In this document: in pieces, positions 61,931 through 64,000 of the stretch
How the letters are laid out: each line of letters opens with the position of its first letter
Numbering within the stretch: position 1 is the first letter of the stretch
Origin: an uncultured Bacilli bacterium
Lineage (GTDB): Bacteria; Bacillota_I; Bacilli_A; RF39; UBA660
Assembly: GCA_934149105.1 (NCBI GenBank)
Contig: CAKPDP010000004.1
Location: forward strand, 69,277 to 133,276
Reading direction: 5' to 3'
DNA length: 64,000 nucleotides
The notes under the pieces: model-generated
Seen by the model: only the letters and a program-made list of their open reading frames with translations
Database searches by the model: none
What the model was told of the DNA's origin: nothing
Program-made: the position numbers and the translations under genes

Positions 61931-62479
61931 TTAAATAGAACGCATAAAGTCAGCATCTTTATATGGATCTTTTGGATCAATATGATCATAAAAAAGAATT
62001 CCGTCTAAATGATCAATTTCATGTTGAAAAGCTACTGATAATTCTTCTCTAACTCTATACTTAATAGGGTTACCGTCGACATCATACCCCGTTACTGTAA
62101 CTCTAGCGTAGCGGGGAACTATTCCCTCGACTTCTCTATTAACACTAAGACATCCTTCGCCACCAGAAGTATATATCTTCTCTTCTGAATGGGAAACGAT
62201 AGTCGGATTAATAACTACATAGTTTTCGAATTTACCTTCCTCTTTTTCATAACAAATAACAAAAAATCTTTTATTAACTCCTACCTGAGGAGCTGCTAAA
62301 CCCATTCCAGGTCTCAAATGATATTTAGAAGCCTTATCAGGTATTTGACTTAAATATAAATGCTCTAACATGTCATCTATTAATTTTCTTTCATTCTTAG
62401 AAATAGGAAACTCCATTTCGACATTTTTAGCCCTTAAATGTTTATCCTTTTCATCAAGTATATCCTTAGTAAGTAACAT
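61931..62479 (-). CDS. def: Peptide deformylase.
   Basis: 'GLAAPQVG', 'EGCLS' and 'HEIDHLDG' are the three PDF motifs. Confidence 0.92.
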   Translation of the reverse strand: MLLTKDILDEKDKHLRAKNVEMEFPISKNERKLIDDMLEHLYLSQIPDKASKYHLRPGMGLAAPQVGVNKRFFVICYEKEEGKFENYVVINPTIVSHSEEKIYTSGGEGCLSVNREVEGIVPRYARVTVTGYDVDGNPIKYRVREELSVAFQHEIDHLDGILFYDHIDPKDPYKDADFMRSI

Positions 62480-62558
62480 CGAAATCCCTTCTTTCTAAAG
62501 GTATTTTATCACAAAAATCACAAAAGGTAAATAAAAAAGAGGACTAATCCTCTTTAAA

Positions 62559-62741
62559 TTAGACTGTTACCCTAGTACCTATAATAATTACCAATAAAAT
62601 GAATAATACTAAAATTATGGCAGCACCATATCCGTATCCTCCGCCATATCCATAACTAGGGTAGCTATTGTAACTACTACAGCCACAACTATTTCCATAG
62701 TTATTACCATATCCAGAAGAATATCCTCCGTAGTAATACAT
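62559..62741 (-). CDS. YjcZ-like Gly/Tyr-rich small membrane (sporulation) protein.
   Basis: 'MYYYGGYSSGYGNNYG...GYGGGYGYGAAIILVLFILLVIIIG'. Start at the ATG preceded by AGGAGG. A terminator hairpin (AAGAGGActaaTCCTCTT) lies downstream on the minus strand. Confidence 0.6.
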   Translation of the reverse strand: MYYYGGYSSGYGNNYGNSCGCSSYNSYPSYGYGGGYGYGAAIILVLFILLVIIIGTRVTV

Positions 62742-62886
62742 ATTAATTACCTCCTTTTCTTCTAACATATAATATGTAAATAATAATAAATTGACATAAA
62801 TAACCAACCTATAAATTGACATGATCCCGATAAAAATATATAATTAATATTAGTAAAACAAACATAATATAAAGGAGAATGATATC

Positions 62887-63885
62887 ATGAGTAAAATTAT
62901 TGAAAACCTAAAGAATAGAGCAAAGCAAAACAAAAAGACTATTGTTTTGCCTGAAAGTATGGATAAAAGAGTTTTAGAAGCAACCAAGAAAATATATTCA
63001 GAAAATATAGCGGACATTATATTAATTGGTAAAGAAAGTGAGATCAAAAGATTAAGCCCTTCCTTAGATATATCTTCATTAACTATAATTGATCCTGAAA
63101 CTAGTACTTATACTGAAAAATTTATAAATGATTTATATGAATTAAGAAAAGAAAAAGGAATGACCAAGGAACAAGCTAAAGATTTATTATTAAATGACTA
63201 TATGTATTTTGCTTGTATGCTAGTAAAAAATAATCAAGCTGATGGAGTAGTATCGGGAGCTTGTCACAGTACCGCCAATACCTTGAGACCAGCCTTACAA
63301 ATAATTAAAACCAAAAAAGGATGTAAATTAGTTTCGGCCTTTTTCTTGATGTCCGTTCCTAATTGTACTTATGGATCTAATGGTACTTTCATTTTCGCAG
63401 ATTCTGGTCTCGAACAAAATCCTGATTCCGATAGACTAGCGGCCATAGCGGCCAGCAGTGCTGAAAGCTTTGAATTACTAGTAGAAAAAGAACCCTTGGT
63501 TGCTATGCTTTCCCACTCTACTAAGGGTAGTGCTAGTCATCCTGACGTTGATAAAGTAGTTTCGGCAACGGCTATCGCTAAAAGAGAATATCCTCAATAT
63601 AAAATCGACGGTGAACTACAATTAGATGCTGCTATCGTTCCCGAAGTAGCTAAAAGCAAAGCTCCTAATAGTCCTGTTGCGGGTCTTGCCAATGTTTTAG
63701 TTTTTCCTGATTTAGATGCTGGAAATATCGGCTATAAATTAGTTCAAAGATTAGCTCATGCTGAAGCTTACGGTCCCATTTGCCAAGGCTTAGCTAGACC
63801 AGTAAACGATTTATCTCGTGGTTGTAATAGTGACGATATAGTAGGTGTTGTTGCCATAACTGCTGTTCAAGCCCAAAATAACTAA
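62887..63885 (+). CDS. pta: Phosphate acetyltransferase.
   Basis: The 332-aa PTA_PTB domain, with the characteristic 'DAGNIGYKL' block. Confidence 0.9.
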   Translation: MSKIIENLKNRAKQNKKTIVLPESMDKRVLEATKKIYSENIADIILIGKESEIKRLSPSLDISSLTIIDPETSTYTEKFINDLYELRKEKGMTKEQAKDLLLNDYMYFACMLVKNNQADGVVSGACHSTANTLRPALQIIKTKKGCKLVSAFFLMSVPNCTYGSNGTFIFADSGLEQNPDSDRLAAIAASSAESFELLVEKEPLVAMLSHSTKGSASHPDVDKVVSATAIAKREYPQYKIDGELQLDAAIVPEVAKSKAPNSPVAGLANVLVFPDLDAGNIGYKLVQRLAHAEAYGPICQGLARPVNDLSRGCNSDDIVGVVAITAVQAQNN

Positions 63886-63907
63886 AAGAAATAAGAGGTG
63901 ATATCAT

Positions 63908-64000
63908 TGCATTTAAATAAAAAAGGTTTTACTCTAATTGAGTTACTAGCAGTAATTGTCTTACTAGGAATAATCATAGGTATTAGTTCTCCCACAATTG
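63908..64000 (+). CDS. Partial type IV pilin or pseudopilin-like protein (N-terminal class III signal). It runs off the window.
   Basis: A TTG start after an AGAGGTG RBS. 'LNKKGFTLIELLAVIVLLGIII' is the prepilin cleavage and methylation motif (G/FTLIE). Confidence 0.6.

Noticed and set aside
62850-63047. A 65-aa minus-strand ORF overlapping the pta start.
   Set aside because: It is antisense to a conserved gene's 5' end and promoter region. pta has a clear RBS and N-terminal conservation.

Overview
This window is a chromosomal segment from a very AT-rich (roughly 27-30% GC by eye), low-GC Gram-positive bacterium that uses the standard genetic code. Sporulation markers (a GerQ-like coat protein and a YjcZ-like Gly/Tyr-rich protein) and CW_binding_1 repeats point to a clostridial-type spore-forming Firmicute. 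All protein identifications below rest on motifs I read in the ORF translations, not on database searches.

Housekeeping genes frame the window: ung, fmt, gpsA, ligA, mutL, miaA, comEA, comEC, holA, def, pta, and a partial type-IV pilin-like gene at the 3' edge.

The centre (about 12.8-48.0 kb) is a large, mostly co-directional locus for a rhamnose-containing cell-wall polysaccharide. It has the hallmarks of the streptococcal, lactococcal and enterococcal Rgp/GAC/Epa pathway:
- rmlA, rmlD, rmlB and rmlC
- a TagO/WecA/RgpG-like initiating transferase
- an RgpA/WchF-like GT4 with the DUF1972 N-terminus
- two paralogous two-domain GT2 enzymes
- both an ABC-2 exporter and a Wzx flippase
- GtrB-like and GacI/GacJ-like polyprenyl-phosphate sugar synthases with several polytopic GT-C-like membrane proteins
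- glf-like, wecB-like and galE genes, a CE4 deacetylase, and embedded GH25 and CHAP cell-wall hydrolases

The 5' end (2.9-9.5 kb) holds an unusual module: a membrane-anchored XRE regulator, a small secreted protein, and three tandem FtsX-like permease paralogues (one a pseudogene), followed by one ABC ATPase and a fourth permease. The first gene is a tandem-repeat protein built from near-identical 99-bp units, possibly mTERF-like.

The main oddities are a mosaic comEC 3' end with a displaced native tail and a DUF1016 fragment, and codon-usage blocks that look horizontally acquired. No CRISPR array, rRNA or tRNA genes, transposases or integrases were recognised.
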